A stretch of DNA of 64,000 nt. It comes from Fonticula alba ATCC 38817 (Eukaryota; Protista; Nucleariida). The notes under the pieces are model-generated. The model searched no databases. It had not been told where the DNA came from and saw only the letters and a program-made list of their open reading frames with translations. Position numbers and translations under genes: made by a program. The first letter of the stretch is position 1. The number at the start of each line of letters is the position of its first letter. The stretch lies in the NCBI GenBank assembly GCA_000388065.2, contig KB932204.1, one strand, 5' to 3'. This document shows positions 11,159-23,462 of the stretch, piece after piece.

Positions 11159-14100
11159 CCTCTGCCGATGATGGCGGCCATCAGTTCCATCAGCCGGCCG
11201 CGATCCCCTGCACCGAACGACCTCCCCGCATCGAAGCGCCCGCGATCGGACGCCGACACTTCCCCCCCAGGACCTCCTCCGGCATCCCTCCTCCCGACGC
11301 CTCAATTCATGCCACCCTTTCTCGGAGACTTCGCCGGGCCAGCGGACGAGTACCTGCGCGGCGCGCCGGCACTGACAGATCTGGAATCAGCAGCTCGATC
11401 GCAGCCGCAGCAACCGTCCGTGTGGATGGCGTTGTTGAAGCATCACGAGGCCTCGACGGCCGTCCGACTGGAGGCCTACCGGCGCGAGGGTGTCCCAGCC
11501 ACATCGGCCGCCTTCACCAACGCGCTGATTCAACTCCGGGGGAATTACCACCTGGCCCTGCAATCCATTGGGGCCGACTCACCCAATGACCCGCTGGTAG
11601 TCCGGCTTTGGCTGCGTTTCACCGACCTGCAGCGGTTCGTCCACAACCCTTCGCCCTCTCTCTTCTCTCTTCTCTCTCTCTCTCTCTCCCTTCCCTCCTC
11701 TTCCCCTTCGCCTTCTGCCTGGAATGCCAGCACCTAACTAGCCTTCGGCCACAGCATCACAGGTGACGACAACGCCTCCATCGAGGCTTCCTTCCGGCGA
11801 CTGGATGCCGGGCGCATTGGCCGACAGGATGCCCGACTGGCTGTGGCATATGCAGACTTCGAGCTCCGCCGAGGACGCCCGGCTCGTGCGCTGGAGATCC
11901 TTCAAAACGGTGCCCTCGACGGGGCCCTCCCCTATTCACACCTGAAGGCGGCTCTGACCAAAATGAAAGATATTCAGAGATCCCAACAATCACAGTCGCC
12001 ATCACACTCACAGCATCAGCAACATCAGCAGCAACAGCAGCATCAGCAACAGCAGCAACAGCAGCATCAGCAGCAACAGCAGTCGCAGTCACAGTCGCAG
12101 TCGCAGTCGCAGTCGCAGCCCCAGGCTCCGACCACCACCATATCACCTGTATCCACGTCACGCCCCCATCGTCCCCCCGGCACTGCAACAGACACTAGCC
12201 GGGCAACCGCCGAGCAGATTACCTCCTTCTTCCGAGAGGCGGCTTCGCGTCCCGCCAGCCTTGCGACATCGGTTTCGGGGGCATCCCCGGCGGATGGCCT
12301 TCCGGCGGCGGTTCCGCGTGCCATTGCCAGTGGCCTCTCTTCATTTAGCCGGTCTGCCAACCTGCTGACAGGTGAGGCATCGGGCTCGGGTATGGGCCCG
12401 ACTTCGACCGGGGCCACCAGCGGCTCGGCCGCCTCGCCGCCCCTGCGGGATAAGCCCATCCGTCAGACCGTGGCCAGTCTCTCGGCCTCGCTGCATGCAC
12501 TGAGCTCGCATCAGGGCCAGCAAGTGGCCCGGCTGGCGGCCGGATCGGCACTTCAATCGGCCTCGACGTCCACCAGTCCCGGGGGGGACCCATCGCTCCC
12601 GGCCCCGGGCGCCACCTCGGCGGCTATTTCCCCACCGACCTCGGCTCCAGCCTCGGCCCCCCTCCAGACCATGGGACAAGCCTCGCACCAGGTCCCGGTT
12701 TCGACCCTGGCCGGGGGATCGGCTCCAGCTCCGGCTCCCATTCCCCTCCCGGCCCCGACCTCGGCCCCGCCGCCACCCCCGCCGCCTGTACCGGTTGGTG
12801 GTCGGCCAGCCAGCCCGCGCGGCGGGGACCATGCCCTGGGCAGTGTCACACCAGTTCGGACACCGGTCCACAGGGGGGCTGGGTCGCCGGAATCCGCAAG
12901 TCGCTCGCGCATGGGCCAGCAGCTGGCCTCCCCGCCACCAGGAGATCGGGGTCTTTCCCCGGCTCGTGGGGCCGGTGTTGGCATTGTCGGCCCAGCTGCC
13001 GCGTTGACGCCCAGTCCGGGGCAACGGGGCGGCCGGCGCGTTGGTGGGGCGCTGGTGCCACCACCCCCGCCACCCCTCTCCGGAACGCCGACGGCCACGG
13101 CACAGCTGGCCGGGCCCCGGGGCGCAGGGCGGCCTTTGGCCACGTCTTCGGGGCCGACCCGGCCGGCCAGCCCGGCCAGTGGCAGTCCGCAGACTGCGGC
13201 CTTCCGCGCGCCACTCGACCAGCCGGTCTTCCACTCGCCCATCTCCAAGGCCATGTCGCACCGGAGCCAGGAGGCCCCAGCCTTCAAGTACGCGGCCGAG
13301 GTGGCCGCGCGCGAGGGGCTCACCTCGAGCAGTGACACCTCCGTCGTCGAAAATGATCGGTTCATTCGCGTGCGTGTGCTTTCTCTTTTCTTTTGGCAGC
13401 CCGGATCGCTCGTGCCTCCTGTGCAATGCGCTGACCCTGTGCCTTCGGTGTGCCGCACGCGTGCCACATCAGATCAACAACATTTCATACACCATCGAGG
13501 CGACCATCGGCAAGGGCGGCTCGAGTCGGGTTTTCCGCGTGGTCGATGAGGCTGGCCAGGCGTTTGCTCTCAAGCGGTGTGTCTCTCTGTCTCTTTCTCC
13601 ATCTCCCTCCCTCCCCCCCCCTTTCTCTCTCTCGGTGTCTTCCTTGCTCCATACCCTCCCCCCTTGTCTTCTCCTCTCTGACGCTCTTCCCCTCGATCGC
13701 TCTATGTCCCTGGATTCACCCGTCGCCCCGGCCGATCTGTCGGCTGTAGAGTCAATGCGGTGAATGATGATGAGCAGACCTTCCAGGTGTTCGTTAATGA
13801 GATTGCCCTTCTGCGGCAATTGAACTCCAAGAGCAATGTCATCCGGCTGATCGATTCATCCATCAATCGGAAGGATCGGCTGATCTACATTGTGATGGAG
13901 CTCGGCGACACCGACCTGGCACGCATGCTCCACCGGCGGCGCGGCGAGGCCGTGGACTTCAATTTTATTCGGCTCTACTGGCAGGAGGTACAGAGCATCT
14001 ATCGGTGGCTTTCGCCCAGCTTCTTCCCCCCCCCCCCCTCTCTCTCTCTCTTCCTCTCTCCCGCCCCGGCAGACGCAAATCTAATACCCGCAATCCGACA

Positions 14101-15230
14101 TGAGTAGATGCTCCGAAGCGTCAAGGTCATTCATGATGAGTTCATCGTGCACTCGGACTTGAAGCCGGCCAACTTCCTGCTGGTCAATGGTCAGCTGAAG
14201 CTAATTGACTTCGGCATTGCAGCCGCTGTCAAGTCCAACGAGACCAAACTCATTCGAGACTCACACGTGCGTCCCGTGTACTCCGGCCCTGCCTTGATTT
14301 CCCCCTTTTCAGCCTCATCTCACCTCCCTCGTCCCCCGACTGCTCCTTCAGATGGGCACGCTCAACTACATTTCTCCCGAGGCCCTGGTTGATGGGAATG
14401 GCGCCATGTCAGGTAGTCATAAGGTGCGCATTTGGCCTGGCCAGCCCATCTAGGCCTCGGTTCTCAAGTCTCGCCTCGAGAGGGGGAGAAGAGAATGCCA
14501 GCATTCACTTGCTCCCCTCAGGCGGTGGGCTGCAGCCATGTCTCCCTCCCTCCCTGCCCCTCCCCTGCCCCTCTCCTGCCCCTCTCCTGCCCCTCTCCTG
14601 CCCCTCTCCTGCCCCCCCCCCTTCCTAACCCTCTTTCCCTTTGACGGCGTGTAGATCAGTCGCAAGTCTGATGTCTGGTCACTCGGGTGCATTTTGTTCC
14701 AAATGGTGTACGAGCTGGCCCCCTTTGCGCATATCGACAGCCTGATTCCGAAAGTCCGGGCCATCACCGACCCGTTGCACGTCATTCGCGTCGAGCCCAT
14801 CCGGCCGGTGGATAGCGTGCCCCTGCGGGATGTGATTGCCCGGTGCCTACGCCGGGACCCCGACAGCCGGCCGACCGTGGCACAGCTCCTGCGTCATGCA
14901 TTCCTCCGCCCGGATCGCCACCTGGCGCGGTACTTTGAAATCCGCCAGTCGGAGCGCTCTTTCACATCGCTGCGACTGAAGACACCGGCGGGCGAGGCCC
15001 CAGCAGGCAGCAGTGATCCTCTGGCCACCGGGTCTTCCCTGGAGCTGGCTGACGGGGACAACTCGGTCATCGAGTGGTGGATGGACGAGGAGGATGTTGT
15101 TGACAATGAGGCCCAGCTGTTGGGTCCCGGGGCCCGGCTCGGCGCTGGCAGCCGTGGCTCGCCCCCGTCATCCTCCCCCCTCCCCTCCTCGTCGTCCTCC
15201 TCGCAGCCGCCCTTTGCGAGCGGCCGGTAG
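10334..15230 (+). CDS. TTK: Spindle checkpoint kinase Mps1/TTK with long low-complexity N-terminus and TPR-like region, about 7 exons
   Basis: Kinase motifs [93 protein letters not shown]. The GKGGSS.VF, YW..ML and [10 protein letters not shown] combination is typical of Mps1. The start codon is uncertain. Confidence 0.92.
11977..12122 (+). repeat. Coding polyQ and (SQ)n repeat in Mps1
   Basis: CAG/CAA and TCGCAG repeats encode [44 protein letters not shown]. Confidence 0.85.
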
Positions 15231-15610
15231 CCCATCATCGTTGGCACTTGGCTAGCGGTGTGCGCTCATTTTCTCCCCTGTGCATATGCGCCGGTCGGTC
15301 GGTCGGTCCGTGCGTGCATGTGTGCATGTGTTGTGCATGCGTGTGTGTGTGTGTGTGTTTGGGCGCGCGTGCATGCTCCACGCCGTGACCCCCCCCTCGC
15401 AGGGGGGGGGGGACTGTTCTGCGGCAGGGGTCGGGCACGCTGATTCCCTTCCCCCCAGGCCTCGATCGTGCTGCCCCCAAGAGCCACCGGACCTGGCCAC
15501 ATTGCCCCTGGCTGAATACAGAATACTTTCCCACACACCCCCACGACGCTTCTCCTGCCAACCTTCTCTCTGTCTCTGCCCCCCCCCCCCCCCCCCTCCC
15601 GCCTGTCAAG

Positions 15611-16209
15611 ATGATGCCCGTGTTCTTTGTTCCTTCTGCGTCAGATTCGTTCGATGACAACGACCCAGACTTCGAGTCCCTGGTCCCGATCGCTTCGGGC
15701 GCCAGCCCCGCGGCGGCGGCGGCGGCCATGCCAGTCGCCACCTCCTCGCCGCCTTCCTCGCCGCCCTCCTCCCCTCCTGCCCTGGCTCCTTCCTCACCCA
15801 CGGGCGTGGCCGACGAGGCACCTGGCAAAAAGGTTCCCCTGACCCTGTTGACAGGGTTCCTGGGTGCCGGCAAGAGCACCACCGTGCGGCACCTGATGTC
15901 GCTCTCTGGACAGCCGGGGGTCCCGCGCCTGGCCGTGGTGCTGAATGACTTCGGTGATGGAGCGGCCGCCGACCGTCCGGTGCCCGTTGAGCTGAGCGCT
16001 GGTGCCGACAACTCGAATGAGAGCGCAGATGGCGCACCCGATGGCGAGGTGCGTTTGGTTGCCCTCACCCCCCCTTCCTTCCTGCGGCCTGTCGGGGGTT
16101 TCCCTCTTGCATCCAAGAGGGCAGAGCGGGGGGGGGGGGGGGGGCGGAAAAAAGAGCATCAACCCCCCGTCCGCCCTTCCTCCCCCCCCGAGAATACCCC
16201 CCCCCCCCC

Positions 16210-16292
<83 letters not shown>

Positions 16293-17855
16293 CCCTCTCC
16301 CTCTCCCTCTCTCTCTCTCTCTCTCCCTCTCTCCCCCTCTCCCTCTCCCTCTCCCTCCGCGCCCTTNNNNNNNNNNNNNNNNNNNNNNNNNNNNNNNNNN
16401 NNNNNNNNNNNNNNNNNNNNNNNNNNNNCCCCCCCCCCCCCCCCCGGCTTGCGACCTGATACAAAGGCTGTTCCGGACTGGGTGGAGCTACCGAACGGCT
16501 GTCTGTGCTGCTCGATGCGCGATGCGACGGTCACCGCGCTCGAGGCGCTGGCGATCAAGGCCGCCGACCGGGTGGACCATATCCTGGTGGAGTGTGCCGG
16601 CCTGGCGGATCCCGGCGTGGTGGCCAGCATGCTGTGGCTGGATGAGGGGCTGCACAGCCGCCTGCAGCTGGACGGCGTGGTGGCCGTCGTGGATGCGGAG
16701 AATCTTGAGCGCGCCCTGTCGGCTGAGGCTACCCGGACCACGGCCGAGCTGCAGATCGCCTTCGCCGATCGTGTGCTCATCAACAAGGTGTCCGGGGTCT
16801 CTGGCGAGGCGCTGGCCACCATTCAGACCCAGATCCGAGCCATCAACCCCACGGCCAAGTGCCTGTTCGCGGACTATGGCCGCGTGGCCGCAAGCGACGT
16901 GCTCGCCATTGGGGCCTATTCGCCGGATGATATGCCGGACCAGCTGGCGGCGCACTTGGCGCGGGGGGGCACTGACCATGCGCCGGCTGCCGCCACGCAC
17001 GCCACCCCATGCGGTCATACCGCTGCGGGCGCCACCGAGGGGGCTGCCTGCACTGAGGGTGTCTGCGGGGCCGGGGCCGTGCACCAGCCGGACCAGCCGC
17101 TGGACGACACGCACTTCCGGTCGGTGTCCTTCACCTTCCCGGCCGGGCGTCTGGTGGACTTGGTGCGCTTTGAGGCCATCCTTCGGGTCTTGCTGTGGGA
17201 GAACCAGCTCCCTGGTGCGGAGGCTCTGGCACGCCTGTCGACAAGTGGCGCCAGTGCTGATGGGACGGCCGCTCTGTCGGCCGCCCCGGCCTGGGATCCC
17301 GAGCTTCTTCAGTCCTCGGACCGGGCCCTTCCCTCGCAGGTGGCCAGTCGGCCCGACATCCCGTACCTTGGTGGTGGGGGTGGCCTCGAGGTGGAGGTCA
17401 TCCGGGGGAAGGGCGTCCTCCGGTCGTCGGATACCCCAGGCCGGCGGACCGTCTTCCAGGGTGCGTGAAATGCGATGGTCGCGAGTGTCTGTCATGCTTG
17501 CCTCTTTTTCCCCCTGTGCGCCCCCTGCGCCCCCTCCCCCTTCTCCCCTCGCTAATGTGTGGAGGCGTATTTTTGTCCCCCCCCCCCCCCGGCCGGGTCC
17601 CCCTTTTTTTACCGTCCACTCAGCCGTGTACAGTTCGTACGAAGTGCGCGATGGCGGGGCCTTCAAGCCTGACGCCGAGCCGACGTCCTCCGTCCTGTTG
17701 ATCGGTGCGTTTCGAGAGGGGCATCGAAGGGAAGGAAAAAAAAAAAGGCGGTGCATTGGTCCTCCCGGCTCTCTAACCATGCGAACACATGATGAAAAGC
17801 ACGCGGCCCCGGCGTGACCCGACTGGAGGAGGTGTTTCATCACTGCCTGGTCTGA
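15611..17855 (+). CDS. ZNG1: COG0523/CobW-family Zn-regulated GTPase metallochaperone (ZNG1/CBWD); contains an assembly gap in intron 1
   Basis: VPLTLLTGFLGAGKST, LAVVLNDFG, WVELPNGCLCCS, ECAGLADP, QIAFADRVLINK and C-terminal VIRGKGVL...VFQAVYSSY. The last exon boundary is less certain. Confidence 0.9.
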
Positions 17856-20847
17856 TCTGGAATATGTCCAGAATGGCGTTCTCCCCTGGCCGTGCCGCGG
17901 AATTCTGGTGTCTTTGTCAGCGACCGGCCGGGGACAGAGGTGGGGCGTCTGCGGGGGGGCGGGTGCACTCTGTGTGCACCTCTCCGTGTTCCCCCCCCCC
18001 CCCCCCTCTCCCTCTCCCTCTCCCTCCGCGCCCTTTTCGGGTCTTCAGCTCTCTGTATGCGCTCCAACGGGCGAGTGTGAGCACGGCCTTTCCCCTGTCC
18101 AGAAATGGATCCATGTTGTGCGGTTGGACTTTAGGGGAGGTTTGATGAAGGGAATCGAGGACCGGCTGGGTGCAGCAAAAGAGTAGATTGAGCATATTGG
18201 CGTGGGGGTGGAGGGGGGGCGCGCCCCCTGTCACGGCCGAAAAAAAGACCACGGTCCCGGCAGAGTAGCAGCATGTCCAATCCGTCCGGCGTTCGTTCCC
18301 CCCCCCCCCTCGCGGCGCCCCCGTGGGCAGGGCTTGTTCGTTGCTGTGTAGAGGTCCCCTGTTGCATCCAGCCCATGGCCCACACCCGATTTCCGCTTGC
18401 GGCGGCGGGCGACCCGGCAAACCGCCGTACCAGCCCTGGACCAACCTTCCTGCGGGTCTTCATTGTGCAGGGGGAGGACCATCTCCGCAATGTCCCTGAC
18501 GCGGAGGGCGCCGTTCACGCTCCCGCCCCCCCCCCCCCCCCCCCCCCGGGGGGGGGTAAGCAGGGCTGTCGTGCGTTCGGATGTGCGTGCTGCCACCCGG
18601 GGCCGCTGCCGTGTGGTGCCCAGGGGTGCAGACCCGCGGGCCGGTTCAAGCATATGGGGCGCCTGGTTGGGGTGTGTGGCCAGTGCGTGCGCGCGCGCGC
18701 GTTCCTCCCACGCTCGGCGCCCGGGTCGAACGCCGGCCGATCTTTGGCCTCCCTTGTAACGCGCTGGGCGGGCGATTGGCGACAAACCCGCCAGCAGGCC
18801 GACATGCTCCGGTCGTCGTGAAGGCCGGGCGTCCGTTACCCCCCCCCCGGGGGGGGGAGGGACGGGGGCGGGGCGGAGTGCTGAACAGGGAGGCTCGGGC
18901 CTTTCGCGGGGCGTGTGAACCGTGTCTGTGCTAGGCGTGCGAAGACCCGGACGCCCGGCTCGGCCGAGGGGGGGCGGGGGCGGGGGGCCTTGCGCCGTGC
19001 TTTTCGGAGATTCAGCGCTCTGCCCGCGGCCGCGCACCCCGGGCCGGGCGAGCTGACGGCCGGCTCTGTGTTGCACGAGGCCTCGGCTCCGGCCTTGGAA
19101 CCCGGGGGGGTTGGGTGTGGCCGGGCCTTTAGGATCCCACTTCACAGAGCGGTAGGGTGCCCCCCCTCCCGGCGGTTCTGAAAGGGCGCCGGATGCCTGC
19201 CTTCCCGCCTGCCTGCTCGCCTGCGTGCGTCCTTCGCCCGTATGCACCACCCCCGCGCCTGGCCCAGTTGCGCCGGGGGGAGGGGAGGGGGGGGGGGGGC
19301 AGGCGGGGAGACACTCGGCCCGGCCGCCAGATGGCGCTCGTTTCGTTGGCTCTGGGACCGAGGCGAGCCTAGGATCTTTGATTTCAGATCCGCTGCCGGT
19401 CCGCCGGAGAGTAGCCGGGCCTTTCCGGACATCGCCGCGCTGGCGCCAGCCCAACGTACTCCCCGCCGGCGCCGCGCGCCCCAAAAGAGTGCGAGAGAGA
19501 TCTTCTCCCGCCCCGATCGCGACGTGCCTCGAGGGGGGGGGGGGGGACACCCAGCGGGCCGCGCCAGCCCGGAGGAATGGGCGCAAAGAATGCCACCGCG
19601 GGAGGGGGATCTGGCTCCCAGGAAAACGGCCCACCTCCCTCCCGCCCCCTGGCCGGTCCCGCACTTGCCCCCCCTCCCGGGGGCGGCGCGGTGGCCTGGT
19701 CGAGTTGGATCTGCTCCGGTGGAAGACACCAGTCGCCCCCGGCCCCCCCCCCCCCGGGCGGGGGAGGGGCCGGCGGGGGTGTCACGCCACCGTCGTGCCT
19801 TGGGAGCTGGCGGCCCCCTTTCTCTCCCCGGTGCTTGTGTTTGTGTACTGGCTTGCTTGTACACGCACACGCACGCACACCCACACACCCACACACCCAC
19901 ACCCACACAGAGACACACACACACACACGCCCACGCTGGCCCGCTGGGAAATGCACTCGCGACCGGAGGTGGTTGTCCAAGAGTCCCCCAGCCCGCGCGG
20001 CATCGCCATCGCCGTGTTGATGAGCTCCTCAGAGTGCTTGTCGGGCGTGGCCATTGGCGCGGGGCGAGTGCGCCGTTTGCGCATGGACGCCGGTATTGTT
20101 TATTTTTGTTGTTTCCCCCCCCCCCCCCGCACCCCGGCCAGCGACGCTGGCGGCACACATGCAACAGGCGCCCGCGGCCGCGGTGTCCGGTGCGGCGAGA
20201 CGCTCGCCCTGCCGTGCTCACACGCTGCGTGTTTCGGCATGTTTCCGCGCGTTCCGGAAGGCGGCGGCGAGAGCGCGGAGCATGCACCGGTGGCACCCCC
20301 CCCCTACCCCCGCACCCGGCCTCCCCTGCCTTTCCCCAGGGGCCGCAATATCGTCCCCACAGCGGGCGCGCGCGCGCGTGCGCGAATGCGGCTGCTGCTC
20401 CAATCTCCCAAAGTACGACTGCCCAACAGGAAGATGACCCCGGGCCCTCCCGCCCTCCTTGAGAGCACCAGCGGGGCCTTTTTCCGCCATCAGTTTCTGG
20501 CCAGGCCAGCATGCGCGGGTCAACGGCTCCTCCTTATCCCCTTGCTCCCCCCCCCCCCCCCCCCCCTGCGCCTTTGCTGCTTGTTCTCCCTTCGCTCTCT
20601 GCCACCTGGCCTTCTTTCTCCGCTCCCCCTCTCTCCTGCCAGCGGACTTCTCGCTCTCGTCTCCCTCCCGCGCCCTCTTGCTTCCTTCCCATCTCTTTCC
20701 GTCTGGTCTTCGCGTAGTTTATCACCCCCCCACCCCGTATGTGGCCGATGTCACGCCTCGCCCCGCTGCCCGCTGCCCGCTGCCTTCTCCGCGCCCCCTG
20801 CCCCGTCTGACTGTTTCATTTTGCCTTTCACAGTCGCAAACACGATC

Positions 20848-22411
20848 ATGGCTACCACTTTCTCCCCACCCGTTGGCCAGCATGAGGACCACCCGATGCC
20901 ACCGCTGGCCGTGACCGACGGTGGGACCAGCCTGTCGTGCGCTGGGCGCGACTGGAGCACCCTCCCGGAAGATCTGGAGGCGCAGGTCGGTGTCCCCTTG
21001 GCGTCGATTCGCAACCTGGACCTTAGCTTCAACAATCTGTCGTGCGTCTTACCCCCCCGGAAGTCTGGTCCCCTTCGAGTGCAGGGAGGAGGGGGGGGGG
21101 GGAGGACTGGCGGCATCTTCGCTTCCCCCTTTCTCGCCTTTCCTCCCCCCCCCCTCCCCTGGATGGGCAATGTGCTGACTACCATGTGCCTCCTGCTCCC
21201 GGGATGCAGCTCGCTCGACGAGGTCTTCGCCCTGTTCCCCAACCTCGAGACGTTGATCGCCGACAACAACCAAATTGAGATTCTCACGGATGCGGCCCAG
21301 GTGGTGGTTCCCGAGAAGGCCTCCACCACGCCGGAGGCGGACACCGCGTCGATTAGCTCGATCGAGTCGTCGGACGCCCAGGCTCCGGTGGCAGATAGTC
21401 CCCCTGCTGAGACCGCTGGGCGTCTGGCTCCCCTGGCGTCGCTCAAGGTCCTGTCCTTGAACAACAACAACCTGGCCGGGCTGGAGGCACTGCTGGATGC
21501 TCTGGCTTTCCTGACCCCCAATCTGAACATGCTGAGCCTGGCCCGGAACCCGGTCTGTCCGGATGGCCTCTTCCGCGAGGGTGCCGGCAGCAGCAATGAG
21601 CGCACCTACCGCCATTACCGGTATGTGGGCCATGCCTGTCTCTGTCACTTTGCTCTCTTCCCCTCCTCCTCCTCCTCCTCGTCCTCGTCCTCCTCCTCCT
21701 CCATAGTCCAATGTGGGGGTATCATGGTCCAGACTATTGCCTGGCCATCTACATTCCCTCTGTGTCCCCTTCCCCCTCCCTCCCCCCGCCTCTCCCTCTC
21801 TCACATGTGCCTTTTTTTGTCCCCTCTCCGCGTCATACAACTCGTGCAGTCTGCGCGTTATTTTCCGCCTGCCAGGCCTGGCTTTCCTGGATGCATCGCG
21901 CATTGCGCCATCCGAGCGTGAGGTTGCCCAGACAACCGGGCAGTACCTGCGCGTGGCCACGGTCGGGTCGTCCAGCACGGCCCCGAATACCGCGGCCTCC
22001 AGCTCTGGGTCTTTCACCACGAGCTCCATTTCCAGCTACCCGACGTCCTCTGCGCGTACGACCAGCTCGGGTGGCTCGGCCCCGGGGCGCGAGTATGCCC
22101 CGCTGCCTGAGACCACCGCTCCTACGGGCACCGGCAAGGCGCGCTACGGCGTGTCGCGTTATGTGTACAAGGGTGCGCCTCTTTCTTTGCCAAACATCGC
22201 CCTGGGCAGATATTCCCTCATATTGGGCTTTCCTCTTGCTCCTCACCAACGCGTGTGGTTGTTCCTCACACACACACACACGCATTGATTCATTCATTCC
22301 TTTCTAATCGACTGATTCCCCTCCCGCCGTCCACTTTTTTCCCCTCCTGGTGCCCACTGCACAGGCAACCACAGCGAGGGCAACCGCTTCATCTGCAACC
22401 AGGATCTTTGA
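20848..22411 (+). CDS. LRMDA: Leucine-rich melanocyte differentiation-associated protein (LRMDA/C10orf11) orthologue, 4 exons
   Basis: SDS22-like LRRs (LDLSFNNL, LIADNNQI, LSLNNNNL), TPNLNMLSLARNPVCP, YRHYRLRVIFRLPGLAFLDA and terminal GKARYGVSRYVYKGNHSEGNRFICNQDL*, which matches the LRMDA C-terminus as I recall it (Y.GKHSEGNRFI.D.QL). Confidence 0.87.
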
Positions 22412-23380
22412 GGACACATGTATTCCCATGCCAGTTTGGGTGTCTTGGAAATGTGTGAGACCAGGCCAGTGCCCGTATGTGGGAGACACGAAGAGCATGC
22501 TGTGTGCTCCCCCGCCCCACGCTGCATTTGCACGCACGTTGACGCCCACGCGCTCGCGCGCATAGAGCGCTCACTCTCTCCTCCTCCCTTTGTGACCCCC
22601 CCCCCCCCCCCTGCCCATCACCCACCAACAGTGGGTGTCAGCCGGAGATCGGACAGCGGAATCTTCCTGTCCCTCTTCCCATGCTCTATCGGCGGGGGCG
22701 TCCGGGCCATGTGCCCCAGTCCACGGCTGGAGAGGGGCAAAGGGAGGACTGTGAGACTCTCTCTCTCTCTCTCTCCCTCTTTCTCCCTGCCTTTTGTGGT
22801 GTCCCCTTCTGTACTTGATACCCCTCTGTGGGGACATGGTGTGACATGCCATCCCCCCTGTCTCTCTCTCTCTCTCTCTCTCCCCCCCATTTCCCCTTGG
22901 CTGGGAGGTGGGGCCCTGTATATCTGTGTAGTGATGTTTCTGCCACGCCCGGGGCCCCTCCCTGCAAGGGGGACCGAAAACGAAAAAAAAAAAAAAACAA
23001 ACACAAAATAAATACGCTATACACTCTCGAAAATGCACAGCCCGCTGCGATGATGTTAGGCTTCCTTCGGGGGGGTTTCCTCCTTGCCAGGCTCTCCCTC
23101 ATGGTGTTTCTCTTTTGGTCCCCACGTCTGCCCTCGGCCGCCCTTCTGCCAGGAGGAGGGCGCGTGGGGAAGCGCGACAAGAGGCGCGCCCCGAACAGGC
23201 CTCGTTCGATGGGGAGAGGTGAGCAGAGACGCGCATGTGAAAGCTCGTTTGGCGATTTCTTTCCGCGCTCTTCTGGGTCGACCCGCCCCCCCCCCCCCCG
23301 GGGATCTCTATGCCCTTCGGCGTTTGTTGGTGGCCAGCAGGCAGAGATGGCGGAGGCGAGGCACGGAAAAAAAAGAAATA

Positions 23381-23462
23381 CACCGGCGACAGGATTTGAA
23401 CCTGTGCGGGCAGAGCCCATCTGATTTCGAGTCAGACTCCTTAACCACTCGGACACACCGGT
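23381..23462 (-). tRNA. tRNA-Ser (CGA), copy 1
   Basis: Reverse complement folds into a cloverleaf with anticodon arm TCTGA-CTCGAAA-TCAGA, long variable arm GGGCTCTGCCC, T-loop GTTCAAAT, G73 discriminator and a downstream T8 run. Confidence 0.96.

Noticed and set aside
17853-18186. Open frame continuing past the ZNG1 TGA and possibly splicing to another exon (readthrough or selenocysteine)
   Set aside because: The TGA-TCT context is not a readthrough motif, I saw no SECIS-like structure, and ZNG1 homology is already complete. Open frames are expected at this GC content.
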